A stretch of DNA of 64,000 nucleotides from the NCBI RefSeq assembly GCF_028641065.1, contig NC_073387.1, positions 15,810,001 through 15,874,000 of the forward strand. The letters run 5' to 3'. The position numbers and the translations under genes are program-made. How positions within the stretch are numbered: position 1 is the first letter of the stretch; each line of letters begins with the position of its first letter. The stretch is from Leucoraja erinacea (lineage: Eukaryota). Shown piece by piece: positions 45,293 to 59,341 of this stretch. The notes beneath the pieces are model-generated. The model saw nothing but the letters and a program-made list of their open reading frames with translations. It was not told the DNA's origin and made no database searches.

Positions 45293-48200
45293 TTTTTTTT
45301 TTTTATAATTTTATTTATTAGAAGTGAGTACAATGCATTGGTACAAAAACGATGTTAACATATTACATTCTCTGTACAACTTCCCTTTTTTTAAAAGAGG
45401 GAAGTGAGAAAGGAGAGAAGAAAAAGAGGTTGTGAAAAGTGAGGAATAGATTAGTGAGCGTGGGTGAAAAACCAATAAAGAAAAAGTGAAAGAGAAGGAA
45501 TAAGTGAAGAAGGAAAGCAGGAGGGAGATTATTCCATTGCCACAGTGAGATGGGGTTTTTTTAAATATTCTAAATCATCTTTCACCCATACCTGAAACTA
45601 TTGGTTTTCATGATACTAGGTCACTAGGTCCAAGCAATCAATAAATGGGGACCAACTCCTTAAGAATAGGTCTTGTTTGTCTATTAGGAGGAGTCTCATT
45701 TCTTCCAAATGTGCTGTGTCCAGCATATTACTGATCCACATTTTAAATGTTGGTATATTAGCATTTTTCCAAAATTTAAGTATGTTTTTTTGCTGTTATT
45801 AACCCATAATTGAAAAATGAGTTTTGGTGTGTATTTAATTTGTTCCCATCTCCACTTACTCCAAATATATTCATTTCAGTGTTAGGTTCCATTTTTGTCT
45901 TAAATAGCTTTGAGAATATATCAAATATATCACACCAAAATTTATAACGTTTTGAACAAGAGACAAATTAGTGCGTAATATTGGCATTTTGAGGAAGACA
46001 TTTATCACAAATGGGCGAAATATTTGATAAAATGTATTCAACCTAGTTTTGGAGTAATATAATCTATATAATATTTTAAATTAAATTAAGTTATGCCTAG
46101 CATTGATCGAACATTTATGTATATGTATCAAATATTTTTCCCATGTTTCTTTTGAGATTTTTATCATTAATTATTTTTCCCAGTCTTCTCTAATTGCCTC
46201 TGTTGATGGTAATTCTATATTTAAAATACTGTTATACAATATGATATTAATTTTGCTCGACTCCGCTTGATATTCATTACTTCTTCCAGTGGATCTAAAA
46301 TTATACTTTAGAATCTTGGTATATATTTCTTCATAAAGTCACATACCTGTTTGTATTTAAAATATTGATTGTTATTCAATTTAAATTTTGATTTTAGTTG
46401 TTGAAGTGATAATAAATTTCCCAATTCATACAAATCACCTACCTTTTTAATTCCCACTTTTTCCCATTATATCCATACATGATGGTTTAAATACTGGATT
46501 ATTCACTATTGGTGTTAACACTGATAAATTTCTTAATTTTAAAGTTAATTTTATTTGTTTCCATATTCGTATTGTATTTTGTATAATTGGATTCTTCTTA
46601 TATAACATATTATTCAGCTTTATTGGGGAAAAAATGATCGCTCCTAGATCGTAGGGGGCGCAATCCTCTTTCTCCATTCTTATCCATTCCAACTGTTGAG
46701 CAGAACTGTCCAACCAATAAATTATATTTTTAATATGTACTGCCCAATAATAGTATAGAAAATTAGGTAATGCAAACCCCCCCCACCTCTTTGGGTTTGC
46801 ACAAGTGATTTATTTAAATTCTATGTGCTTTATAATCCCAAAGCAGCAGGAATCAATGATGTACTGACGGAAATGATACAGCACCTTGGACATAAAGCAA
46901 AGACCTGGTTCCTAGCAATGCTGAACTCATGCATGGCACATACAACAACCCCACCTGTATGGAGAAAGGCCAAGACTGTTGCAATTCCCAAACCTGGAAA
47001 GGACCCATCTTCCCCAAATTGCTACAGACCTATTTCCCTCCTCTGTATCACATACAAGCTCTACGAGAGGCTACTACTCGAATGCCTTATGCCACTTATA
47101 GACTCCAAGCTTACTAAAGATCAAGCTGGCCTCCGCCCTGACCGCTCCTGTGCCGGGCAGCTACTGAACCTTACCCAACACATTGAGGACGGTTTTGAGT
47201 GCAGACTCATCACCGGAGCAGCTTTCATAGATCTCACCGCTGCCTACGACACTGTCCAGCACCGCACCATGATCAGGAAACTTTTTGACATGACTGGTGA
47301 CCTCGACCTGTGCCAAGTCGTCAAAAGCCTTCTCAACAACAGGCGCTTCTTCGTTCAACTAAACGACAAGAAGAGCAAATGGAAAACCCAAAAGAATGGC
47401 CTACCAAAAGGCAGCGTACTGGCCCCCCTCCTCTTCAACATCTACACCAACGACCAACCACTTCCCCCACAATGCCGCCGCTTCATCTATGCTGATGACC
47501 TCTGCATCACCACCCAACAGGAGAACTTCCACAAGATCGAGTCTGTCCTGGAAAGCACCCTCCAAGAGATGGCAACCTACTACAATAACAACCACCTGAA
47601 ACCCAACACATCAAAAACCCAACTATGCAGCTTCCATCTTAAAAATCGAGATGCAGGAAAACAACTGAGCGTCTCATGGGATGGCCACAAACTCTCCAAC
47701 CACTTCCACCCCGTGTACCTCGGAGTCACACTCGACAGGACACTCTCTTTCAAAACCCACCTTCAGAACACCAAAGCCAAGGTCAACATTCGCAACAACA
47801 TCCTGCGCAAACTGGTAAACTCAAAGTGGGGCGCTGATCCACCAACCATCCATGCAACTGCCCTAGTCCTGTGCTTCTCCACAGCTGAATACGTGTGCCA
47901 AAGCTGGAGCCACTCCCAGCACACCAAACTGGTTGAAACAGCCCTCAACGACACCTGCCGCATTATCACGGGATGCATAAAGACAACGCCAGTCCCGTGC
48001 CTCTACGCCCTAGCTGGTATTGCGCCCCCCCATATCAGATGATCCATCGTCGCCCAAGACGAGCGGAGAGCACAGGAGATCGATACCAGGCACCCCCTGC
48101 ACGGACGCACAGCACCTCCACCCCATCTGAAATCTAGAGCCAGTTTCTTGCAGACAGTCCCACCTCTCCAGACAACCAAAGAAACAGCAAGGACCAACAT

Positions 48201-51200
48201 CTGGAAAGATGAATGGAACCAGCTCAACACACGAGCACACGACTGGATGGGGAGAGGAATCACTCCGACTGAATGCCTCGCCAGTGGGCACGACCTCCCA
48301 TGGCCAACCTGGAAGACCCTCAACAGATTACGAGTGGAGCAGGGGAGGTGCAAAGCACTTATGAAAGCATGAAACTACCAGGCAGAAGACACGTGCAGCT
48401 GTGGAGCAGTACAGACAATGTCCCACCTACTGGAGTGTGACGACGCCCCCCAGTGCAGCCCCCAGGACCTGGCTGAACCGACCCGACCAGCTGTGACCTG
48501 CGCCAGATACTGGCAGAATGACATCTGAGATTGCAATGGACTCGAAGAAGAAGAAGAATCCCAAATAAAATTAAAAATATTCAAGTTTTTTTTAAGTGTT
48601 TTGGTATATATATCGGTATAGATTGGAATAAATATATTATTTGTGGTAGCGCTATCATTTTTATAGCGTTTATTCTGCCGATTAGTGACAGTGGGAGCGT
48701 TCTCCAAAATGTAATCAGTGAATCAAATTTATTTAATAATGGTATAAAATTAGCATTAAATAATGATTTATATCTTCTAGTAACTTGAATAACCAAATAC
48801 TTAAATTTTTCCGTTGCGATTTTAAATGGAAATTTTAATAGGTGATTCGCTTTCTGGGGTTTTAATGACATAATTTCACTTCTATTCCAATTTATACTAT
48901 AACCGGAGAAAGAGCCAAATTCCTCTATTAGATTTAATAAATTCGGGATGCTCGTTTGGGAGTTTGTAATATATAAAAGTATATCATCTGCATATAGTGA
49001 TATTTTATTAATAGTATCCTTAGTATTATATCCCTGAATATCCGGATGCCTTCTTAACCTTTCAGCAAGCGGCTCTATCATAAGTGCAAATAGCAGGGGA
49101 GATAAAACACAGCCCTGCCTAATGCCGCTCGATAATTGAAATTTTGAAGATAATATATTATTAGTTAGTATTCTTGCCATTGGTTTATCATATAGTAATT
49201 TAACCCATCTGATAAAATTCTCTCCCATATTAAATTTTTGGAGTACTTTGTATAAATACTGCCATTCTACCTGATCAAATGCTTTCTCTGCATCCAGAGT
49301 TATAACTGACAAGCCTTCCTTTTCCGTTTTGTATGAATACATTATGTTAAAAAGGCATCTCAAATTGTTAGATGATTGTCTTTTAGGTATAAACACCGTT
49401 TGTTCCGGATTTATCAATTTATTAATATATTTACTCAATCTTCTTGCTAAAGTTCTTGCTAAAATTTTCTGATCTGTATTTAGGAGTGATATGGCTCTAT
49501 ATGAGCCCGGTTCTTCTAAGTCCTTATCTTTTTTAGGTATTAATGTAATTGTGGATTCGGCTAATGTTTCTGGTAATTTATTTTCGGTAAAGGCATATTT
49601 GTATAACTTAAATAACCGTGGTACCATTAACTCCTGGAAACCTTTATAGAATTCATTATTAAAACCATCTGGTCCTGGCGTTTTCCCATTTTTCAGCTCT
49701 TTTATTGTTTCACTTATTTCTTCCCTTGTGATCTGTGCTCCTAATTCCTCTTGTTCCAAAATATCCAATTTTGGCAGATTACACTTATCTAAAAAATCTA
49801 CAATTATATTGTCTTCTATTTTAGTTTTAGACGTATACAAGTTTTGATAAAATTGGACAAACCTTTTATTAATATCCTGGGGTAACGTTAGTAGTTCCCC
49901 ATTCTCTGATTTGATTTTAGTAATCGTCTTTTCCTTCTCCTGTTTCTTCAATTGTCTAGCCAGAAGCTTATGTGGTTTATCACCAAATTCAAACTGTGCC
50001 TGTTTTGTGATCTGAAATAATCTTATTACTCTTGCCGATAATATTCGATTAAGTTTAAATTTCAATAATGTGATCTTATTATGTTTATCTATAGTTGGGT
50101 CTTTTGCGTTATCTAATTCTAATATTTTAATTTCCTTTTCTAAAGTCTCTTGTTCTATGGAGTTCTTTTTATTTTGGCAACTTTGATATGAGATTATAAC
50201 TCCACGTATAAATGCCTTAAAAGTTTCCCATAATAAAGATGGTGAAATGCATGGTGTCTCATTAGTATCAAAAAATAATTTCATTTGTTGTTTTAAATAC
50301 TCATAACCTTGTGGATTATTAATTAACTGTGTATTAAAATGCCAAAACGATTTTATACCTGGCGTTCCCTCTAGTTTTAAAGTAAAGGTCAATGGCGAGT
50401 GATCAGAAATAATACTATTATGATATTTAGGGTTAATCGTATAAGGAATTAATTTTGTGTCCACTAAAAAATAATCAATTCTCGAATAAGTTTTATGCTG
50501 AGTAAAATGAGTATTCCCTTCCCGTAGGGTTGACTATTCTCCATACGTCAGTTATATTAGTGTTTTTTATATATATGTTTAAAAATTAACTAGTTTTAGA
50601 TTTAACCTTACTCTTCCTTACTTTTGTTGATTTATCTAAATATGTATCTGTAACACAATTAAAATCCCCCCCAATATTACATTTTTGTAATTATACTCAT
50701 CTATTATATCCGTAATTTTCTTAAAAAATTTGGGGTTATCAAAATTTGGTGCATAAATATTTATCAGTCAGTGGTGTAGAATAAATTGCTCCTGCCACTA
50801 TAGTGTTCCTTCCTTCCTTATTAGATATAGCATTCTTTGACATAAATGGTATACCTTTCCGAATAATAATAGCCGTACCTCTAGCTTTAGAAGTAAATGA
50901 CGAATAATAAGTTTGGCCTATCCAATTTGCTTTTAGTATCATCTATGTTTGTAATTTCACACGCGTTTCTTGTAAAAACGCAATATCCACCTTTAAAGAT
51001 TTTAATTGAGCCATAATCTTACCGCTTTTAATTGGATTGTTCGCACCCCTAATGTTCCAACTACAAAATGTGATTCCTCCATTCCTTTTTCCCCTAATGT
51101 CTTGCATTCTTAATTAGTTTTGCTAGTTTTAATTCATGTGGTGTGGTTAAATACCTTGAGGTTTTGGGTGTGGGGTAACCGTCCCCATTACCGTTATTTT

Positions 51201-51690
51201 ACATCTCCTCCGTCAATTGAACCTCCATAGGAAGAAAAAAGAAGTGCGTTGAAAAATACATAGAAAAAACAGAATAATATTATTAAGTAAACCATATAAC
51301 TGTGAATTATAATTTTAAAAAAAAGAGTGATTTTAAGATATCAAAAATGGGATACCTTAAATTCTCGTAGCCACCTAAGGTGGCCCAAACATTATTGACT
51401 TCCACCGTTGGAATTGTACATTGAGCTCAGCCCCCAAATTAAGCTGTCCTAGACAATATTATGCCATTTCCCCTTAATATAGCCAAAAATCTTAACCTAC
51501 ATAGAGAAAGAAAAAAAATGTAACCAGTCAAGCCAAAAAAAAAACAACAACCAAAATTTCATCATAAAAAATTATCATCATCATTACTTTTCCACCCTCT
51601 CTTAAATACCCAAACTTTAAACCTTCTATAATTCTTATTCCTTACTTACAATCTTGAAATCATAAGACATAAGGACAGGCCTTGTCCTTA
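45293..51690 (-). mobile_element. L1 LINE (ORF2 from 51107 plus AT-rich inter-ORF spacer, no ORF1), decayed
   Basis: Endonuclease SWNIRG and SDH; RT KTPGPDG, DAEKAFD, RQGC.LSPLLF, YADD; polyA at 45293-45304; frameshifts. Confidence 0.93.
46843..48556 (+). mobile_element. RTE-X LINE, 5'-truncated, nested antisense within L1 ORF2
   Basis: YRPISLL..AFIDLTAAYDTV..KNGLPKGSVLAPLLFNIY..YADD; CSCG..QTMSHLLEC; (GAA)n tail; TSD AATCCCAAA (46834-46842 and 48557-48565). Confidence 0.9.
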
Positions 51691-51691
51691 T

Positions 51692-52692
51692 AGGGTGATT
51701 TCACGAAAGGTCACTGGAGCATAGATCCGCACCCACGTGACCGAAAATCTCAAGTGGAGTACATGCTATACATCCGGTACATGTTAGTGAATGGGAAAAC
51801 ACGCACTTTCCCACCCGTTAAAAACATCAAAAACGGCCAGTTTTTGAGCTGCAATTTACTGTGCCAGTCGGGGTGACCGTGAGGCACAGCTACCTAGATT
51901 TACAGTCCAAAAAAAAGATAGAAACTAAGGTAAATTAAAGAGGGAGCTGAAGGTGCCAATCCAGCGGAAGTGAACAGCGGACATTTGCCGTGGAGATTTA
52001 AAGGTCCAAAATATCGGGAATTATCGCGTTTGCTCGCTGAATTTCATCAAAAGTAAGGCATTATTGACTTTTTTATCTTTATTCATTTGTTATATGAGAA
52101 GTTTTAAAAGTGAAAAATCCCTCAGTAAAATTGCAAAATCGCCCATGGTTCTCAGGTGGGTTTTAACATGCAAAATGAAAACGCTTCTGAAGCTACATTT
52201 ACCATTTAAATAATGGTAAACTATCAATGCATTTTGAAATAAATTTTACTCAGATGCAAGCTAAGGAATGGGATAATTGTCAGCTGTCAGTTGGACAAAA
52301 TTAGGACATTTTATTATTTGCCAAAATATATTTCTCAATGTTTCTTGTTTAAAGCCTGCACATTCACCCAAACTACTTATTTATTTATTTCTTTATCATC
52401 TAATAACAGACAAGCCTGATTTTGTCCAACTGCCGCCCTGATATAGAACCCTCCTCTGGTGGAGTCGGGCAGGGGGCAGTTTTCTTTGAGAGTCGCTTTC
52501 TTGTAGCCATTCTCGCAACTCTCCTTTCTCCTATTCAAAATACTTACCTGAACCGGTCGCGTTTTATACTGCAGCTGGAGAGCCTGACTACAGCTGCCAC
52601 CGCTGTTGCACTGCTGGCGTAATGCCGCGCCTGCGCACTGAGCGGGTTCTTCACGTAGTCACTCACGTGACTCCGAATTAAAATTCACCCCT
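51692..52692. mobile_element. Probable non-autonomous DNA transposon with imperfect TIRs
   Basis: GGGTGATTT..GTCAC at the left end vs GTGAC..AAATTCACCC at the right; absent from copy A; no TSD visible. Confidence 0.45.
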
Positions 52693-55600
52693 GATTCTCT
52701 TTTGCTTGTTTCAATACGTTTGGGGATGGTTTGATGTTTTCTTTGTTCTTCACACTTGTTTATTGTGCAATTTAGTTGAAATAAAAAACAGGAAGCGAAA
52801 CAGCCCAGAGGTCAGAATAGACGAATCATTGTGGTTAAATTGCAAGGCAGCTCTTCATGCAGCCTAACCATTGCTCTGAATTTTGCATCAGGTCCTGAAT
52901 GTGATATGGGGAAAGACAGAATCCGTGCACCCTTCAAACCTCACATTTTTTATATTCAAAAATAAACTTTATTTCAGAATAAAACATATATACAAAACTA
53001 GTCTGAAGGGCCCCAACTCGAAACTCTCCTTGTTCTCCAGGAGTGCTGCCTGACACACTGAGTTACTCCAGTATTTTATGTCTTTCCTTTGTAAAATAGC
53101 ATCTGCAGTTCCATATTTCTATACAAAACTAACACAAACGCTCTTTGTGTCTATACATTAAATAGTGTCACACTCAGTAGTGTTTCCAACTATCTTTACA
53201 CAATACACCCTTGACTGTCAGTTGCCCCCCCTCCCCCCCTGGGGTGATATCCCTTCCATTGTATGAGGGGTGACCCACCAGACTCAGTCCTCCAAGTCTG
53301 CAGTGGGTCAGGCAGCCACATTCCTAGATGGACCTCTCTTTGTCATATAGTTGTTTTATTCCTCAGCACAGTAACAGTGTGTGGGACATGGGGCAATGTT
53401 CCTGTCCACATTGTCCAGCCTTTGACCCACAGTGGGCAGCACCAGAACAAAAATAATGCATTTGAAGATTTGTCTTTAGAAACAAGTAAACAGAATGCTG
53501 TCTCCGTATCACCAGCCTCCTCAAGGAGAGACAACCTGTGATTCTTATACAGTGTGTTCTGTACATGACCATGGGGGACAATAATGTGGGTGACTCTGGA
53601 GTGGCTCGCAATTGGGTCAGTTGAAGGATAATTCAGGATGGCATGAAAATGTCCACATTTAATGGAAACATTAAAAATGAGAAATGTTCAACTTTTTTTC
53701 TTTACCAGTCATAGAGCTACATCATGACTTCCTGACTCTGATGTTCAATGGCCTTAGCATTGAAGGCAAGCATACTCCACCCTATCTACTTGTGCTGCCA
53801 CCTTCAGTGTCCAATCAACTTGTAGTCCAAATGTGCTGAAGATATGTGTCTCAGATCGGCTCAGTCTAAAATCTGCACTTTATTTCTCACAGGGAATCCA
53901 CAAAATGAGGCCGAAGTTTCTCTGCAGCGGTTTTCCAGATGGTTTGATGTTCGGTGTCTTTGTTTTCCTGCTTCGACCTGTTCCCACACAGAGTAAGTGC
54001 TTTCTTTTCACCGGTTACAATCACCTTGCTTTATTTATCATTGTCCGTGTAAACCCGCACCCTTTTGTCAATCTTGCTTTCCTCTCCACGGCCCTGGACT
54101 TTCAGCTGTATGGGTGGGTGGTGGGAGGGGGAAGGGGGGAAGACTGGACAAACTCTCACCCGGATAACCGCATCTCGTTTGCTGTCATAATTGAACCCGT
54201 GTCCCCGCAACCACCAACGCTGCCGAACCTCAAGCGCTGCATAACCGCTTCTGAACCGTCCACGGTTCCCCCCCCCTCCCACCACCCACCCACACGGCTG
54301 AAAGTCCAGGGACGCACCGCCAGCTCAAGGGCACCCCTGAAACCTCCGGACCTGGATGGGACACCGTGGATGGGACGGCCCAGCAGCAACAAGAGCACTC
54401 CGACCCCGACCACGGACGAAACACAAGTCTGCACACAATGCAGCACCACTGTTGCCGAGACTTTATAGCTAGTGACCTATGACCTGGGCATGGGCAGACG
54501 GAATACCAAACTCCCTTATCCAACCTCCGACAATCTATTTCTCAGACTATGCTTCACAGGGAATGAAAAAAACAACGTGCTGTAGTAACTCAGCAGGTCG
54601 GACAGCACCTCTGGTGAATAAGGATAAGTGACATTTCAGGTAAGGAACCTTCTTCGGATTCACAGTTGTCCGATGAAGGGTTCTGACACAAATTGTAACC
54701 TATCCATGTTCCGCAGAGATGCTGCCTGACCCGCTGATTACTCCAGTACTTTATGTCTTTTCTGAGGAAGGTCAAAACTTTCTGGAAATAAATGGAATTC
54801 AAATTTTTAAATTGCTGACATGGGTGTGGGAAATGTGTTCTAAATTCCTTCATTGCTCCTCTTTCCAACAGAAAAGAGAAATCGGATTTATTTTGTGGAT
54901 AATGGAGGCAGCATTAAGTTAAAAGGACCAGAAAATCCTGGAGCAACGTCATTGTTTGGGAATGGGAACCACACTCAGGGCAGGGAATCCAGACAGTGTT
55001 AACTGGCAGCAGAGCGGACAAGCATTGGGCCATCCAGTGGGGCGATGGCTGGAGAGACAGAGACAAGAACCAGGAGGTGGATGTGGATGCTAGTACTTGT
55101 AAACTGACATTAAAAAATAAGCATTTAAATGGGCGGGATTCTTCACTTTGACTAAAACACAGCCGAGGAAGCAAATCCTGAAACAATATCAAATATTTGG
55201 GATCAAAGGTGAGTGGGTGAGACATGGATCTATAATGAGTTTCTCTGTTAATAATGTCACGTGTAAACCTGTGTGTTGATGTGAATACTCCAGTCACTCA
55301 GGGCTATGTGTAATAATGGGGCTAAAGTTAGTGTCTTCACTTTTCTTTGATCACAGACAATCGCAGTACAAGGTAACTCAACATGTCCACCAGGGGATTT
55401 TTATATGTTCCACATAATAAATCCCCAATACAACAGTAGGAACCAAAATCAATGGGAGAAGACTAACTCAGAAATATCTTATACAATAATTATAATATGA
55501 TTCGTAGCCTTATAATGACAACAATATAAATAATTATAATATCATTAGTTGCCATATAATGACTTCAATAGAAATAATATATTGTATAATATTATCATTG

Positions 55601-55719
55601 ATATAATAAACCTTTCAAAAATAAATGCAATACAATACAACTAAGATTACAATCTTCCCTTGGTGCAAAAAGAAATGTCCTCATTTAAACAGTGACCAAC
55701 AAGCCACAGCACTGGCAAT

Positions 55720-57270
55720 TGACACACAAAGCTGGAGTAACTCAACGGGACAGGCTGCATCTCTGGAGAGAAGGAATGGGTGACGTTTCGGGTTGACATC
55801 CTTCTTCAGACTGGTTAGGAATAAGGGAAATGAGAGATATAGACAGTGATGTGGAGAGATAAAGAACAATGAATGATAAATATACAAAAAAGTGATGATG
55901 ATAAAGGAAACAGGCCATTGTAAGCTGTTTGTAGGGTGAAAATGAGAAGACAATGTGATTTGGGTGGGGGAGGGATGGAGAGCGAGGGAATGCGGGGCTA
56001 CCTGAAGTGAGAGAAATCAATATTCATGCCACTGGGCTGTAAGCTGCCCAAGTGAAATATGAGATGCTGTTCCTCCAATTTGCATTTACCCTCACTCTAA
56101 CAATAGAGGGGAACGAGAACGAGGAGAAAGGTCTGTGTAGGAATGGGTAGGACAATTGAAGTGGGCAGCAACGGGAGGTCATGTTGGTTCACGTGGGCTG
56201 AACAAAGGTGTTCCGTGAAACGATCGCCCAGTCTGCCTTTGGTCTCACCAATGTAAAAGAGTCTACATCTTGAACAACAAATAGAGGTACAAGGAAGGAG
56301 GTATAACGACTGGTGTTGCATCTTCTGCGGTTGCAGGGTAAGTTATTTGGGGAGGGGGTGGTTTGGGTGGGAAGGGATGAGTTAACCCGGGAGTAGTGGA
56401 GGGAACGTTCTCTGCGGAAGGCGGAAAGTTGTGGAGCTGAGGAAATGTGGCTAGTGGTGGGATCCAGTTGTAGGTGGTGGAACTGTAGGAGGATTATGTG
56501 TTGTATACGATGGCTGATGGGGTGTAAGGTAAGGACTAGGGGGACTCTGTCTCTGTTGTCACTAGGAGGAGGGGGAGCAAGGGCGGAGGTGTCGGGTACC
56601 AAGAAGGCATGAGTGAAGGCCTCATGAATGATGGGAGAAGGGAACCTCCATTGCCTATAGAATGAGGACATCTTGGATTATGTAGCATGAAATAACTCAT
56701 CTTTGGGGCAGGTGCAGACTATATGGAGGAATTGTGAGTATTAGATAGAATCTTTGCAGGAAGCAGGGTGGGAAAAAGTGTAGTTGAGATAGTTGTGGGA
56801 GTCAGTGGGTTTGTAATTGACGTCAGTTAATAGTCTACTTCTTCTGATGGAGACTGTGATATCAAGAAAGGGGAGGGAGGCTTCGGAGAAAATTTGAATG
56901 CCTGCTGAAAATTGGCGATGATGGTCCATGAGTTCTGCATGGGTGCAGGAGGTAGCACCGGCGCAGTCTCCAATGTAATGGAGATAGAGTTTGGGTATAT
57001 GGCCAGTGTATGCCTGGAACAGGGATTGTTCAACATACCGAACAAAGATACAGGCATAGCTGTCAATATGGATGCCCATAGCTACGCCTGGAGCATGGAG
57101 GAAGTGGGTTGAGTCAAAGGAGAAGTTGTTGAGGGTGAGGACCAGCTCCGCTAACACCATTATTGATTTCATCACTTCTGACTGTCTGCCTTCCACAACC
57201 TGCAACCCAATCATTTCCCTGCACCGCATAGCCGTTTTTACCTTCTCTCCAAGACCAGGCCAAGCTGGCC
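55720..57270 (-). mobile_element. Penelope-like retroelement (duplicate of 4731-6350)
   Basis: RT and GIY-YIG motifs; hammerhead-like terminus at ~55778-55812. Confidence 0.9.
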
Positions 57271-57274
57271 ATCC

Positions 57275-57770
57275 GCAAGTCAAGAGCCAAGTCAAGAGAG
57301 TTTATTGTCATGTGTCCCAGATGGGACAATGAAATTCTCGCTTTGCATCAGCACAATATAATAGGCATGAGTACAGAACATATCAGTGAGTCCATATACC
57401 ATTATATAAATATATACACGCATCAACAAATAAGCAGGTAAAGTGCAAATAAACAGATAATGGTCTATTAACGTTCAGAGATTTGTTCCAGTTGAGTTTA
57501 ATATGATGGCTATGGGGAAATAGCTATTCCTGAACCTGGACGTTGCAGTCTTCAGGCTCCTGTACCTTCTACCTGAAGGTAGCGGGGAGATGAGTATGAG
57601 GCCAGGATGGTGTGGGTCCTTGATGATGCTGCCGGCCTTTTTGAGGCAGCGACTGCAATAGATCCCCTCGATGGAAGGGCGGTCTGAGTCGATGATGGAC
57701 TGGGCAGTGTTTAGTACTTTTTATAGTCTTTTCCGCTTCTGGTGCTCAAGTTGCCGAGCCAAGCCACGAT
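57275..57770 (-). mobile_element. Rex1/Babar-like 3' fragment
   Basis: RT C-terminal coding remnant (..IIKDPHHPG..) and tail. Confidence 0.65.
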
Positions 57771-57771
57771 G

Positions 57772-58028
57772 CCAGGCCTGAGCCAGCTGCCTGCCCCTTT
57801 TCCGGGGTTACGTCCGTGCCCGAGTGGTTTGGAAAGGAACCATGCAGTCTCCATGGGCACTCTGGGGGATTTCCGGGACCGCTGGGCACTGCGGGGGGTG
57901 ATTGCATCCTTGACAAGGACTGTAAGATAGTTGTATAATAGTTTATTGTTTGTCATGTGTTATGGTGGTGGGTTGTATTGTGTTTTATTGTCTTGTAAAT
58001 ATTATATTAATATTTGAATAAATAATTT
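57772..58028 (+). mobile_element. Tx1-like LINE 3' end
   Basis: ..GDFRDRWALRGVIA.. followed by a GT-rich UTR, AATAAA and polyA. Confidence 0.55.
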
Positions 58029-58432
58029 TGATTAAAAAAAAATAAAAATGTGTCGAACAGCAACAACGTAACAGATCCAGATGAGTTGACCGATACAGGT
58101 CCAGATGAGTTGATTAACATAAACACCAAGATGCAAATACATTCTTTGTTCACATGAAGCTCATTGAGTAAAACTTAATGATGGATAAAACCATAAATAC
58201 AATAAATGCAACACAGCAGAACGGTGCAGAGTTTACAGAGCTGTCTGAATGAATGCAAAATAAAACTGCAATAACAGCAAGAACACGTGACCGCACCACC
58301 AGGAAGGTGATGATTGGTTCAAGAGTCAGAAACCACTGGGAAAGTTGTTCTTCTATCTGTATGTCTAGGTTTTCAGCTGAGGTGAGATTGAGCCCAGTCA
58401 TTCAACTGTCCACACCTCAACTCACTCTGAAT

Positions 58433-59341
58433 CAAAGATCTTAGAGCAGAGCAAGATAGGCCACTCCTGCGAAATACAATGGGCTGATGTGTAGTACGCT
58501 ACGGAGGGGATCATGGGCATTTTTCACCGCCTATTTTAGTAACCGGAGCCTACCTGACCCGACCTGACTCGCAGTGTAATCAATGTTGCGGGGCAACAGT
58601 TTGTGTGTGTGATATAGGGTTAGATTCATAATTCTGTCAGTTCATACTTCTTGTCAAGAATAAAATTTGACTCTGGTAATTGTCTTTTTTAATGTTTTTT
58701 AAATCATTTATTTTTAAATGGCTCACAAGCAGTGTTTGAGTTGATTTTGCAGTAACCGGTACCGACCTGACTTGCAGGGTAATTGACATTGCGGGGGAAG
58801 TTTTTGTGTGTGATACAGGGTTAGATTCATAATTCTGTTAGTTCATAATTCTGTTATTTCTTGTTAAAGAATAAAATGTTTATAAACACACATACATGAA
58901 TGTGATATAAATATATATAATCATATAACACACACAATTATAGTTCTTCTGATCCAATGATGAACTTTATTTCAGACCAGACAAGGGACATTAAATAAGA
59001 AACATTGTAAACCTCCCCGCAACTTCACACACACTAGGCCTTATCCCACCCCTCAACTCTCTCCCCCCCCCCCCCCCCCGGCACTCCCTCACCTGCCCCC
59101 ACATTATAATGTCTCCCCCCCTCTTATGCCCCTCTCCCCGCTGCCCCGGGCCGCTCACTCCCTCTCCCCGGGCCGCACACCCCCTCTCCCTGCTGCGGAA
59201 ACAAAGATCCGATCTTTGGCCGGAACAAGATGGCGGGGACTGGTCGCTAAAATGGGTCCTATAATCACCCATGAATCTGCCCATGAGCGCACTACACGTT
59301 TGCGTGAGAGTAACCCACCTCGCTCTGGTCTAAAACCTTTG
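58433..59341. mobile_element. Non-autonomous hAT/P-type DNA transposon, 909 bp, 8-bp TSD
   Basis: TIR CAAAGATCTTAGAGCAGAGCAAG / CTCGCTCTGGTCTAAAACCTTTG; TSD CTCTGAAT (58425-58432 and 59342-59349); empty site seen in the intact gene at ~24395. Confidence 0.88.

Noticed and set aside
53833-54468. 211-aa ORF after the pseudogene leader
   Set aside because: Read-through past the leader donor into GC-rich intron sequence; the frame is broken in copy A.
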